Source: Psilocybe cubensis (Eukaryota). From it: a DNA stretch of 64,000 bases. Shown here one piece after another: positions 52,551 to 64,000 of the stretch (the first letter of the stretch is position 1; each line of letters begins with the position of its first letter). The DNA is taken from NCBI GenBank assembly GCA_017499595.2, contig CM039001.1, forward strand, positions 310,001 to 374,000. The letters run 5' to 3'. The notes under the pieces were generated by a model. The model was not told the origin of the DNA and did no database searches. It worked only from the letters and a program-made list of their open reading frames with translations. The position numbers and the translations under genes are program-made.

Positions 52551-53103
52551 CGAAATCAGCATTTCCATCAGCATCTGTCCAGAATTCACCCAGGGCTGGC
52601 ACAGCCTTCCAGTGCTTTTCGTTGCAGTTACTTTTCAAGTTGTTTTGATAGAACGGGTTGTCCAACTATCATGAATTTATGCCCTATGGCCCGGCCCTTG
52701 AACACGCTGGGTGTACATTTTATCTTCTGCCGAAATGCCGACACAACCAGATTCTCGCGCCGAGTCTACCCGCCAAATCTAAATAATCAAATTCTTGTTA
52801 ATATTTTTGCAACATGCTCTACCCGCAGTATTTCTGAATTACCCATAATTCTTCTCTTAACTATCGAGTTAGAAAAGAGATGTTGGTGATGTTCAGTCAC
52901 GGGATCGCGTAGCGGCCGTAGCCTCTCAGACGAATCAAGCGGAGTGTGGCGGACCTCCAATATATCTCAAGTGTGCTTGATCCAAGTTGAACCTTGATGA
53001 TCGTGCCAATGATCAGATAGTAAGTCTATGTCATATGCTTGCTGCATGCTTTCGGATACTTGGTTGTTCTTCTGGTACCATTGAAATCGATTCGAATAGT
53101 GCA

Positions 53104-55339
53104 ATGCTACCTCAAGACGGCCTGGGTGATGTCAGAATCCCCCCTCTTTCCCCTGTTCCTTCCGGGCTGGCAAAACCGGACGATCGTCTATGTGACACCT
53201 GTAGCCAACTCGGCTTGACTGTTGAAAGTTTTACTTACATCCCTGGGAATGAGGACGCTTATAAAGAACAGATTTACTTAGGGCTCGTCAAGGACATTAA
53301 AGAAAAAATGCGCTGCCCTCTTTGCCGTCTCATTCTCGCGAGCATTGGATCCGAGCTTCCGTGCACGGAGGATGGACAACCATTATCTATATCATTCCGC
53401 TGGGAGACAGATCCTAGATCTTCCTCATGTGCCATGGCCCCTTATGCCTGGAAGCCAGGAGGAAGATATGCAAATCCTAAACGGTTGAATGCCTTCCCCA
53501 GGATTACAGTTCTTGCCAATGACACCACCAATCCGTGTTTAATAAATTACGTCCGTCCAATTGAAGACACGATCAATTTTAACATGGTGAGCAACTGGCT
53601 CTACATGTGCGAGGACTGGCACGGGGATGTTTGCGAGAAGTCAAAATATCTTGATGGAGTGGTGGACAACCCCACGGCTTTGATACCTACCTTCCGTCTT
53701 ATCGATGTCGTCGAAAATTGCATTTTGTTTGCTCCAGCAAACGTCACGTACGTAGCACTCAGTTATGTCTGGGGAAAAATAGATCCAACAAAGATATTGA
53801 GATTGACCAAAGGAACTATCAACGACCTCGCAGTCCCTGGCGCTCTCTTACAACAGCAGAACTACGACATCACCCCGATAACAATACGAGATGCTATTCA
53901 GGTTACACGCGAAATTGGTATACGCTACCTATGGGTTGACAGCTTGTGTATTGTACAGGATGACGTCGGACCCGGTGGAAGCAAGATGGATGCAATATCA
54001 AAAATGGATCTCATTTATGGGGCCGCATATTTGACAATTATCGCAGCCACAGGAGGTGACGCCAATGCCGGTCTTCCTGGGGTTAGACCTGGCACTCGAA
54101 AGATCCCCCAACTTATAGAGGAAATCTATCCAGGACTTCGGCTGGCAAATCGGCCGAGTGACCTGGCTCATATACCAAACATCCATCGAACTAGGGCGTG
54201 GACGTAAGCACCATCCGTCAAATGCACGTATGCTTTTGCACTGAGCTTGTTCTAGATACCAAGAGCTGAGGTTCGCTAAAAGAAGCCTCAGCTTTATCGG
54301 AGGGCAGGCGGTTTTCCAATGCTGCAGCTACAATTGGCGCGAGGATGTCGTTTTTGAAGACCGAAGTTGGTATCTCACCTCCAACCGGAGCCGTACCGTC
54401 GAACTCCCGAACAAGATATTCGAACTCGAAAGCATGATCTACGGATACTCTGGGCTTTCGTTGACCAATGAGGAAGATATCTACGATGCATTTGCTGGTC
54501 TTGCCCGTTTCTTCAGAACAAAGCTGGGTTCAAATCTTTGTCACGGTATTCCGGACACAGATTTTGACTGGTTCTTGCTGTGGACGGCCCAGGATCCTCC
54601 TAAACGTAGACCACATGCGCCTAGTTGGTCGTGGTCGGGATGGCAGGGTGAGATGCGACCGATGAGCTGGTGGAGGAATCGACCTAGCACCGAAGAAATT
54701 CGCGAAATACAAAAGGAGCGGACGTGGATTGTATGGTACGAGCGAAAGGCGCATCACCTGGAAGAGTGCCAACGCGTCAGTAATCCTGAGAATAGCAGTC
54801 AGTCTTCCTCTAGGTTGCCACCCAATCCAGAAACACGGTTACAATCTCGTTTTCCATTTGATTGCAGCCAGACGCTCCCAACACCGCGGAAGCTAGTCAA
54901 TGCGCCGAAATATATTCAAAGTGGACACTCCGAAGCCGGCTCAGGCTTTCTCCAGTTCTGGACCGTATCTGTAACATTCCGGTTGGCTGAACCAGAAAGC
55001 AGGGAGAACCCCAGCTTTGGTCCCCGAAATACTCACTCTCGGATTGGTATTTTTGGTCGAAACGGTCAAGAGATTAGTATCGTCTATGTGAATCCTGACT
55101 GGCGACACAGGAATCTTCAGCCGCAGAGAACCCACGAATTTATTTTGCTGAGCGAAGGGGTAGACCATGATTTGAGGCTGGATGCCTCTGAGAAAGACTT
55201 GAAATATATGGTGATGCTAATAGATTGGCAAGAGGATGGGCAATGGGCGGAACGTGTTGCTGTGACATCGATGGAGAAGACAGCATTAGACCAGGCGTTT
55301 GGGCAAGGGCCGATATGGAAAGAGATTATTTTAGGATAA
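53104..55339 (+). CDS. HET-domain (heterokaryon incompatibility, TIR-like) protein
   Basis: CxxC..CPLC, W...C...H..C, FRLIDV, YVALSYVWG, TIRDAI, RYLWVDSLCIVQDD, MDLIYGAAYLTIIAA, RAWT|YQE (intron 54204-54255), PSWSWSGW. Start may be 53035. Confidence 0.93.
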
Positions 55340-55681
55340 AATTAAAAAATGGTGCCATGGTTGAAATGTTGGAGGTTCGTTGGTAGTTCAGCCTAGAAAT
55401 TGCTTGGCCTTGATTAAATTCGGACGGTTCTGAGTGGGATAGACGAAACACCGTGAGTTGATGGAGAACTTTTGCAAGAAAGAAGAGATTCAAAGTCAGA
55501 CACATCAATTCAACATCAGCCAATTTTAGCCACGCCTTTGAACATTCGGTGATAATTAGTTGGCGCTGTCAAGAAAGTGATATTTGATGCCTGCCCTGCA
55601 CCGCCGCTATCTTCCGTCTTAAATTAAGTAACGACATGCGCAAGCTAGCCGCTCTGCGTCGACGTTTGCACAGTCACCACC

Positions 55682-57025
55682 ATGGCTCCTCTCCCCCTCA
55701 TTAACCCTCCCTTAGAAAACTCGAGCTTCAACCTAGACATATTCAGTATCGCTGGTTTCTTTGGTGGAGATGAAGTTCTCGAATCAATGTCGACGATACA
55801 TCTGACCAATGGCCGAAGGTGGAGGGGATGGTACAATTCTCCAGGCGCTTACACCGTTGCAAAATCAATCGGCCGCATTGCAAACTCCCAGTTCTGGAGG
55901 GGTATTTTTCCCGGATCGTGGAAGGATCCAGCTTCGAGTTTCGGCTTGGATGGAAAGAAAGGGCCTCAATATGTAGCCGTTCTTTCTGGAACGAAGATGA
56001 CTTCGGGGTATATGGGCCATTTGCTCGCACAGTATGTGAAGCAACTCCCAGACGACGTCAATCTGGTTGAAGAATCACGAAAGACCAGAAGTACAGCAGT
56101 AACCATCATCGATATCAAGAATGTCGAACAATTAGACCACCTATCGAGCCGAAGTTCAACATTGCATCTCCTACTATCATACTTCACCATGATTAGCAGC
56201 GTCGCGTGTGCTATATTCTCCCTTATTCTGTTTAACGACCGGTTCTGTTTCTCTGCCATTCTTTTGGGCACAATAATTGGAGGGTTGTCAACTTGGGTAG
56301 TCGGAACAGGCAAGCTGACTCTGCAGACCGTATTCAAACCCGCTCCTGGATCTCCTCCAGGTGACGGCGTCCTAATTGGCGAAGAATTTACTGTTCTGCG
56401 CGGCACAGAAGGTCACGTCAACGCAATTACCAAAGGCAAATTCAACCTAGAACTAAGAGGCGGGCCAAATTATCATATAGTCGGAATATGCTCCCTGCTC
56501 TACTTGCTCCAATTCATTGCACAACTTTTCCTCATCCCGCAAGGTCATCTCGCTGGGCAAATCATGTTTCTTTGCTCGTTTGCTATCTCTTGGATCTACA
56601 ATGGTGCAATCGCTTCCATCGACAAGGAGGCAATGCAAACAAACTTGCTTCGTCAATCCGTGACGATGGACATAAAAAAATATACTTTACCCAACCGGAC
56701 GAGGGCGGTAGTCTTCACATGCCTTTCCCTGCGACGCTCGTTGGAAGAAATAGAGGAGAATCCAGTTTACTCCGATTTTAATCCAGAGACCCTTCTTGTA
56801 ACAATGCTCCCAAACGATACAAGAGTTTGGCGAAAATGGAGACAAGTGGTCAAAGACATTCTTCTTCGAAAACAACCACCGGAGTATTTTGACGACGCCT
56901 TAGACGAAGCTGACGTAGCCGATCTCCGAGAGGATCAGCGTAACCTCTTACAAACACTTCTAAAAGACGCAAAGATTGCACATAAAATGTACAACAATCC
57001 TGACGGTAAGTGTACCTCCAATTGA
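55682..57025 (+). CDS. Uncharacterised multi-pass membrane protein (447 aa ORF)
   Basis: Long uninterrupted ORF; IAGFFGGDE, RRWRGWYNSPG; about four hydrophobic helices in two hairpins. Confidence 0.8.
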   Translation: MAPLPLINPPLENSSFNLDIFSIAGFFGGDEVLESMSTIHLTNGRRWRGWYNSPGAYTVAKSIGRIANSQFWRGIFPGSWKDPASSFGLDGKKGPQYVAVLSGTKMTSGYMGHLLAQYVKQLPDDVNLVEESRKTRSTAVTIIDIKNVEQLDHLSSRSSTLHLLLSYFTMISSVACAIFSLILFNDRFCFSAILLGTIIGGLSTWVVGTGKLTLQTVFKPAPGSPPGDGVLIGEEFTVLRGTEGHVNAITKGKFNLELRGGPNYHIVGICSLLYLLQFIAQLFLIPQGHLAGQIMFLCSFAISWIYNGAIASIDKEAMQTNLLRQSVTMDIKKYTLPNRTRAVVFTCLSLRRSLEEIEENPVYSDFNPETLLVTMLPNDTRVWRKWRQVVKDILLRKQPPEYFDDALDEADVADLREDQRNLLQTLLKDAKIAHKMYNNPDGKCTSN

Positions 57026-57654
57026 CATTTTTTTCTGGGGTCGACAGTGATATGGTCCATATACAGATTATAGACCTCTAAAGCCTTCCTAAATCGGGCA
57101 ATCATAACCATTGACTGGTCTTTGATTCATGCTTTTTCTTCAAAAAGCGTTTATTCTTTAGCTCCGCTCATAGTAACACGTCGGATTGGCATCCCTCCTG
57201 TACATTTTCTATAGTTTTGTAGTCTTGTGCTTTCAAGCAAGCCGTCGGAGATGGTAATCACCATGCACATCCCCGCTCGTTTGACACATTCTTTCCAGAA
57301 AAGATTTTATTAGAACGGCCCTGGGCGCTTGTGGAGCAGTGAATAGGTTTGTAAGTAATAGCCTCGTTACTCATGTCAGCGGTAGCCTGTCGTCGGAGTC
57401 ATGGCTGTCCCGACATCATAAATAAAAAACATGTACGCAGCAAATGGCTGAGCAGATATGAATAGCTTCACCGCAATAACATCCATCTTTCTGATGCAAA
57501 GCAAAAATAAAACTTGGTTTATAATAGAGCATATCAACAATCGATTCTTGCCGCACTGCAGTGGCCAATTGAACCTCCTAAGAATCAGAGAGGTAGATGC
57601 TTTTCATTGCTTCGGCCAGGTTATCAACTTATGTAGGTATATGGATTTCATAGT

Positions 57655-59164
57655 TTAGCATTCAGTGTCTGCAAAAATGGAGGTAACGAAGCACTAAAAA
57701 CAAATTTCAGCATTCTGTTTGGACTTCGTCAAGATGCTCCAGTGTTAATTGTACTCACATTAAAGTTGTCAGCGTTGAGGACCTTGTCTTGGTCTGTCAG
57801 TTCCTGATCGGCATCACATCCATATGCAATGTCTACTGTGTTTCCCACAGCGTGTGTCAACTTGAAAGCGGTATTAATTGCCTATACTCGAAAGAATAAA
57901 ATTTGGATCGTTACCTCGTGAAGAAGAGTACCTCCACGCACATTGCGTGCAGTGACATTAGTTTGGCCGGTACATAGATCGTTGGAGGGCACTTGATCGA
58001 AGAAAATGGGGCAGAGGTATATCTGAAGAAGGAATGTTACCCGCTCATTGACCAGATATCAACTTGACGCGATGGAGGGTAGGACATACATCAGTGGTAG
58101 CAATGACCGTATAAGCGACCAGACCGCTCGTCGTGCACGCATCATAGGTATCGACACAGCTCAGGCTACAAATTTTACATTCGTAAATCTTCATCCGTTG
58201 CTGATAATTGTACACATACGTTCGATTGGTAGAGTCCTCAGCCGCGACAGCATCCAAGGTAGTAACGACTTCGGTAACAGGTGTGGCTCCAAAATAGGAC
58301 GTGTAGAGGGTATCGTTGGCGCCTGTACTATTCACGTACGCTGATGCCATGCTGGCCAGAGCCTTAGCCTCGATGTAGCTGATACATCAATTCATTTCAA
58401 TTATTTCCCAAGGATGATAATGCCAGCTGAACGAACCTGGAGTTGATGAAAGACTTGTCGGGCTCGGTGGTGCAGATATCCACAGCACGGGTGTTTAGGG
58501 CCATGATCTCGCGCGCCATTTCGCCTTGAAGCTCGACATCGACAGAGTTAACTGAGGTGACCTGTGCTTTGAGGTAGCGGGAAGCGGTCGAAAACGTTTC
58601 CTTGTCCGCTGAATTGTCGAAGAGGAATTTGGTGACAGGAGTAAATGTATATTTGCCAGCACCAGCACCGACAAAATCGTAAAGAGCGCCGACTAACGTG
58701 GATAAGCATAAAAATTCAGATAGCTGTGAACAGACAGTAAATTAACCTTTGTGAGAGACTGTCACATTTTTGCCTGGAACAAGAGTAGCGAATGCACTGT
58801 CGTCAATTTGATTTAAGGCAATCGATAACTATAGCATATATTAACTATCATTCGTCGACGTCGATAGAAAACCGAAACAAAATTAGCCCACCTTGATTCC
58901 GATGAAAGGAACCTCATTGCCATCTTTTGTTACAATGAAGGACCTGGTCGGGAGTTGGCCATCGAGGATCGTACCATATTTCAGTACCTTCACAGTTTCC
59001 GCCCCATTATTAGTGACTGTCGCAACGAGCTCGAGGTCTTTGGAAGAAGCCAGTGTTGTAGAAGTGGTCTGGATATCGACACTGATCGCTACATCCTGCT
59101 TGACTGGCGTTGCCAAAGCAAATCCTATGAGAGAGATGAAGGAAAAGTAGGCTTTAAACAACAT
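57655..59164 (-). CDS. Deuterolysin-type M35 metalloprotease (secreted, with propeptide)
   Basis: Signal peptide; propeptide KVLKYGTILD; GGTLLHE|LTHA (HExxH), DIAYG, NADNF. Confidence 0.92.
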
Positions 59165-60740
59165 CGTGAAAGAAAGACCAAGGCCAAGTACTCGTAAACT
59201 GAGCTGGAGAATTAGGTTATCGCTTGGAGTGCTTTTATACCTTTTTTACTGTCAGGTTTAAGCACAGATGGAACAAAGTGTCTGGTACTCATTGCGCTCA
59301 CCATTGCCAAACTTGGCTTTCACGGAGATAAACAACGGTAGCTCATTCATGTTGGAGCTTGGTTGCTAGATGACCGCTCCGAGAAAATATCTAATGGAGA
59401 AGAACCTGAGAGGTGAAAGCAAGAAGTAACTTTGCTCAACTTCGGAACTTAGCTTGGAGAAGCGGTGACAATAACGGTCAGTCTTGCTCGCATGGCGGTA
59501 AACATAATGCTCACTTTTATTGCGCAACTGTACTGCCATTGAACAGAACCAAATTTTATAATCCCTAGGTTTCCAGAGTATGTGAAGCAAAATGTGTCTC
59601 ACCCCTAGCAAATTAGATAACGAATCGCCCTCCTTTAGTGCTTCTAATCGGTCTGACAATGCAGATCGGAGAAATTGGAGATGGTTAAGTTGGTTATGAG
59701 CGAGGTATACATCACACGCAAGCGCTTCCTATTTGAGATATAGAGGAGCATTGGAGTATAGAATGGCGAGCATATACCGAAGTGGGCGAGCGTCAGTATC
59801 CTCGGAAAGTACGTTGCGAGAAATGGGGCGTCCGTGGGGTGGGGAAGCATCCAGAAGACTGCTAGGATAGACGATTCGGACGCTGTATCTCTACTGAGTT
59901 GTTAATTATAGATAATGAGTTCTGGATTGTGGAAAATGATCTGTTCGAGTTAAGTATAACGACACCGAAATTGCAGTACGAAGCGGTCTGAGGAAAGGTA
60001 TATATATCAATGACGCTCTCGTAGCAACGTATAATTAGGGGCTCACCTATATGTGGGTTTTAACGTAGAGTGCGCTCCATGAAGGAGGAAAAAGACCGTC
60101 GAGTCCCACAAAAGAACCATTGGAAGGCTATATCTTTGTCGGGGACACGTATTGAAAGCGACCACGCGCTCAGAATAGGGGTATCTAATGATACCGACCA
60201 CTTTTCCGTTCCATGTATCTGTAATATTATGCAGTCATTGTACTGTCGAGACACGCGCTTAGATAGCGCAATCCCCATTTCTGACGTGACACGGAGAAGG
60301 GAGGTTCAAACTACTACAACGTGGTAGCATTCTGGAAGATTCTGGCAGGTCAAAAGGGAACCTGAAGGCATACATTTTTCATGGACTATGAAGCCATTCT
60401 GATATTATGTTGCTCGATGTTCATGAGATTGTGCAACAAAAAAAGTGTAGATGGTGGTAAGAGAATGAAATTGGAAAAAGGTTTTCTTTGTTTTCGGCGG
60501 GTAATTTATCAGATAAGATTAGCAGTCGTCATCATTTTCCGCGACGAAGAGAATTGTTAACCTTGTTCTGTCATGGCTGTACACGCGGTTCACAATTCCA
60601 CGGTCCCCCCCTCACCGAAGTCTTCTACAGCCAGCGTGGACTCCATGCATTGCTGGGTTTTTGGACATTTTGGAGACGCGCTCAAGGCCTGAAACGGAGG
60701 ACAACCTATCCTATTCTAATACAGATTCTATCCCCGGAAG

Positions 60741-62196
60741 ATGTTGCGGAGCATACGTCCCACCACATTAAGCCTTGGTGCACTTTTCAGGCAACAGCTC
60801 AATGGCCGCCGAGCAAGCGTCGCTCGTTGGATGTCGACTGATCCTGTAGAGGATCATGAAGAAGTCCAGGACTTTGGGGACTACAGTGTCATTCTACCTG
60901 AAGAACCATTCGTTTTCGGAGTGTCGCATATTCCACAGCGACCAGTACCAGAGTATATACCGAAACCACCATATGCACTTACATCGGATGGAAGTATTCC
61001 AGGAGACGGTCCCAGGAAAGATTCAGGGAAAATCAAACTAGGAGGGAAAGAGGAGTCTCTTTTACGCCAGGCGGCGAAGTTAGCCAAGAAAGTGAGAGAC
61101 TTTGCAGGTTCCCAAGTCAAAGTGCGTCTTAAATAGGCCCATGTGCCCTGGAATTCGAACCATTTTTAACAAAGCAATACCTAGGTTGGCGTTACGACGG
61201 ATACCATTGATTCTGCCATACATAATTTCATTCTCGCCCATTCCGCATATCCATCCCCCCTGCGTTATCAAGGCTACCCCAAGTCGTGTTGTACGAGGTT
61301 TGCTGTCTCTGCGCATTTCTCATAGCAAAATTTCTTATTACACCAACAGTATCAACAACGTCATAGTTCACGGTATTCCTGATAAGTGAGCCTTCATCTT
61401 CCAGGATATCATACCGCTGGGTCTCGAGAGCTAACAAGGTATTGAAGGCGTCCACTGGAAAACGGTGACATCATTAACATCGACATTACCATCTTCCTCA
61501 ATGGGTACCACGGTGATACATCCCAGACTTTTCTCGTTGGAGACGTAGTAAGCTATGCATCGTCCTCATAGTTTGTGCATATTCTGATCTATTTCTTCAC
61601 CTCTAGGATGGCCCTGGCAGAGAACTAGTACAAGTCACAAATGAGGCGCTAGAACTAGCCATTGCCGTCTGTGGACCAGGGAAACCTTTCAAACTAATCG
61701 GCAAGGCTATTCACGACTTCCTCCACAACAAAGACTATTCTGTATCGCCACAATTCACAGGACACGGAATAGGCACTGTATTCCATCGGACGCCATGGAT
61801 CATGCACCATTGTATGTGCTTTTCTCTCCAACAGGTTTAGAGGGTTCTCACGAGGCTATGTATTCTGCTGCTATTTACTAGTAAACGACGAACCGGGAAT
61901 AATGGAACCAGGCCACTGTTTTACGATAGAGGTAACCTGTAGCCTTTTATTCTCAGTCGTGTCCATGGGTGCTGATAAACTGTGTTCTCTCGATGTACAG
62001 CCTGCTATCATACAGGGCACCAATCCACGAGGGTGGATTTTTCCCGATGGATGGACGGCATCTACCGAGGCGAGTTGGTCGCTCTTGACACGTTCCTCTG
62101 GGCTTACTAGTATTGCAACAGAACTGTGCCCGAAGTGCACAGGCTGAACATATGATCCTTATTACTGAGACAGGCGCAGATGTTCTCACTCGGTAA
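60741..62196 (+). CDS. Methionine aminopeptidase type 1 (M24A), probably mitochondrial
   Basis: Arg/Ser-rich presequence; [54 protein letters not shown]. Confidence 0.93.
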
Positions 62197-62410
62197 CATA
62201 TCAAGCTGAGGAATGATCATACGATATTATACACATTCTAAAAATGAAACTACTTTTATATGAAAAGGCTACAAACTCCCGCAGGTAGTCAACAAAGCAC
62301 AAAACAGCATGGAAAAATTTAGAAAAGAAGAAATGGAAGACGGAGAAAATGACGACATGAACAGAAAGAAAGGAGTGCGATAAATGCAGAAAATAACATG
62401 AAAAAAAGTG

Positions 62411-64000
62411 TCATGAAGAACCACCTATCCGTTCATGGAGGAAGTTGAGTAGGACCTGTGTAAGGTCCGTCGAATTTTCACCAATAATGGTGTCACTAGC
62501 TACTAGGATCGGTTTGGATTTTGTCAAGAGCGATTGAAGGTCGCCTGCCATCTCCCCTGTTATACCCCTCCGCAGTCGCTCGGCCATCGTCATAGACCTC
62601 GGTCGTCGTTCCTTTCCACCGTCCGGTCGAGAAACGTCCATTCCTTGATTTTCATCCATATCAGAGTCAGCAGGTGCAGCGTCAAATCCTGGTTTGGAGA
62701 GCCACATGGCAAGCTGAGTTACTGAATATAGCAAAATTTCTTCAAGATTTTGTCTGATGATAATGACTCCTTGCTTTACTTCAAGAGCAGTAGCATACGA
62801 TCCTGGAAGAGCTGACGGGTCTGTGGCACCCTGTCCAGGAGGCCGCTGAACAAGGGTCCGTAAGAGATCCAGAGATCGATTGCCCAACTCAAGGAGTGTG
62901 CCCAGTGACGCGGGTTCTCCTAGAACAACTTTTGAATGCTGAAGGAAGAGAGTTGGGTAAGTCATCGTCTTAAATGTGTGCTAGAAAAGATACGTACCGG
63001 AACGATCAAAGCTTCGCTGGTTGGCCAATCTTCTACTCCTCGAGAAAGAACAGAATCAGCCCGACTGATTGTGACCAGTGTTCCCACCAGATTTGTTGAT
63101 ATTTGGTACAAACGATGGATTAAGTTGGTCACGAAAGACCGTTTCGTTGGGTCTGGTTGAGATTGGGCCTTCTCGAATCGAATTCGTTCATCTTGGGTTA
63201 CTGGTTCGTACAATGTAGCAAGATGATTAGGGTGGGTGATGGCGTAATTGACTTGCTGGAGCAAATGCAAAGCTCGAGTAGTGAAAACTCGCAGAACCTT
63301 CTCTACCACAGGATCTGATTTAGCAGAGGCAGGTACACTCGTGGCGATAGCATAGAAAAGGTTGATGACTTGATCAATCTCTTCTAATAGTGGCAGGGTT
63401 ATAGGGTCCCCTATCGTCCACGAAAGTGTCCGCGAGATTTGGTCTCCATAGAGTTGAACGAATCCGCAGGCATCAGCGTCAAAGTAATGATTTGTCCTGC
63501 CAAGAGCCGATATGACAGTAGCCACAATTGAGATCATCGAGCAATAGGCAATATGCGCTGGACTCCGCTGGCCAGGCAATTCAGGCAGCACAACATCAAT
63601 CATACCGGAGCTGATGGCAGAACTAATGAAATTGTTGCTATATGCCGATAGGACACCCTCGCTGGCAAATCGCTCAGCGGCCACTCTATGCGACACCAGC
63701 GACATATGGAAGAGAAGTATATGAGGAGAGTAAAGGGGCTCTTTTCGAGATAGCAGCAGAGGAAGATCGGAAAGACCTACAAGGTCGATATGGACAAAAA
63801 GTTCCAAACTGGCCTTGATAACGTCGGTCTCCTGGCATTTTGAAAGCCAAAACACAGAAGGGGCGTCAATATCAGGGCGAGTGCACTGGTGGAATACAGC
63901 AACCAAAAGTTCCATGTCTCTATCCAAGTCAATGTCTGCCCTGCTCCGAGCAGCGATAAAGACAACGCGGAGAGATTCAATAACAAAGGACAAAATTGCT
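62411..64000 (-). CDS. NUP188: Nucleoporin Nup188-like, C-terminal part
   Basis: Long helical-repeat ORFs joined by an intron (~62938-62996); segments ERFASEGVLSAYSNN, LPGQRSPAH, GEPASLGTLLELGN resemble basidiomycete Nup188 as I recall it; not verified by search. Confidence 0.7.

Overview
This is intron-rich fungal genomic DNA (short GT-AG introns; gene set typical of Agaricomycetes), so the ORF track fragments most genes. I spliced them by eye. From left to right: an alpha/beta hydrolase (partial); two paralogous MFS sugar transporters flanking a CYP512-like P450 and a transposase-derived DNA-binding gene; a probable pseudogene; and a TPR-Fic gene. Next is a dense ~18 kb block (~19.5-37.9 kb) ending in an apparently intact Helitron-type Rep/PIF1 helicase gene. 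Upstream of that gene lie six paralogs of a nucleotidyltransferase-like family (two with F-box-like N-termini, only one with an intact DxD), two paralogous putative OB-fold/SSB-like genes and another unknown gene. Further right: a small secreted protein; an AA5_1 copper radical oxidase; four tandem Rho/Rac-like GTPases that all lack the catalytic Gln61 (interrupted by a lactonase gene), directly followed by a HET-domain gene and a 4-TM protein gene; then an M35 protease, a methionine aminopeptidase and the 3' part of Nup188. The two best candidates for undescribed systems are the cargo-laden Helitron-like element and the atypical Rho array + HET locus. Element boundaries, fold assignments and functional links are inferences that need computational tests.
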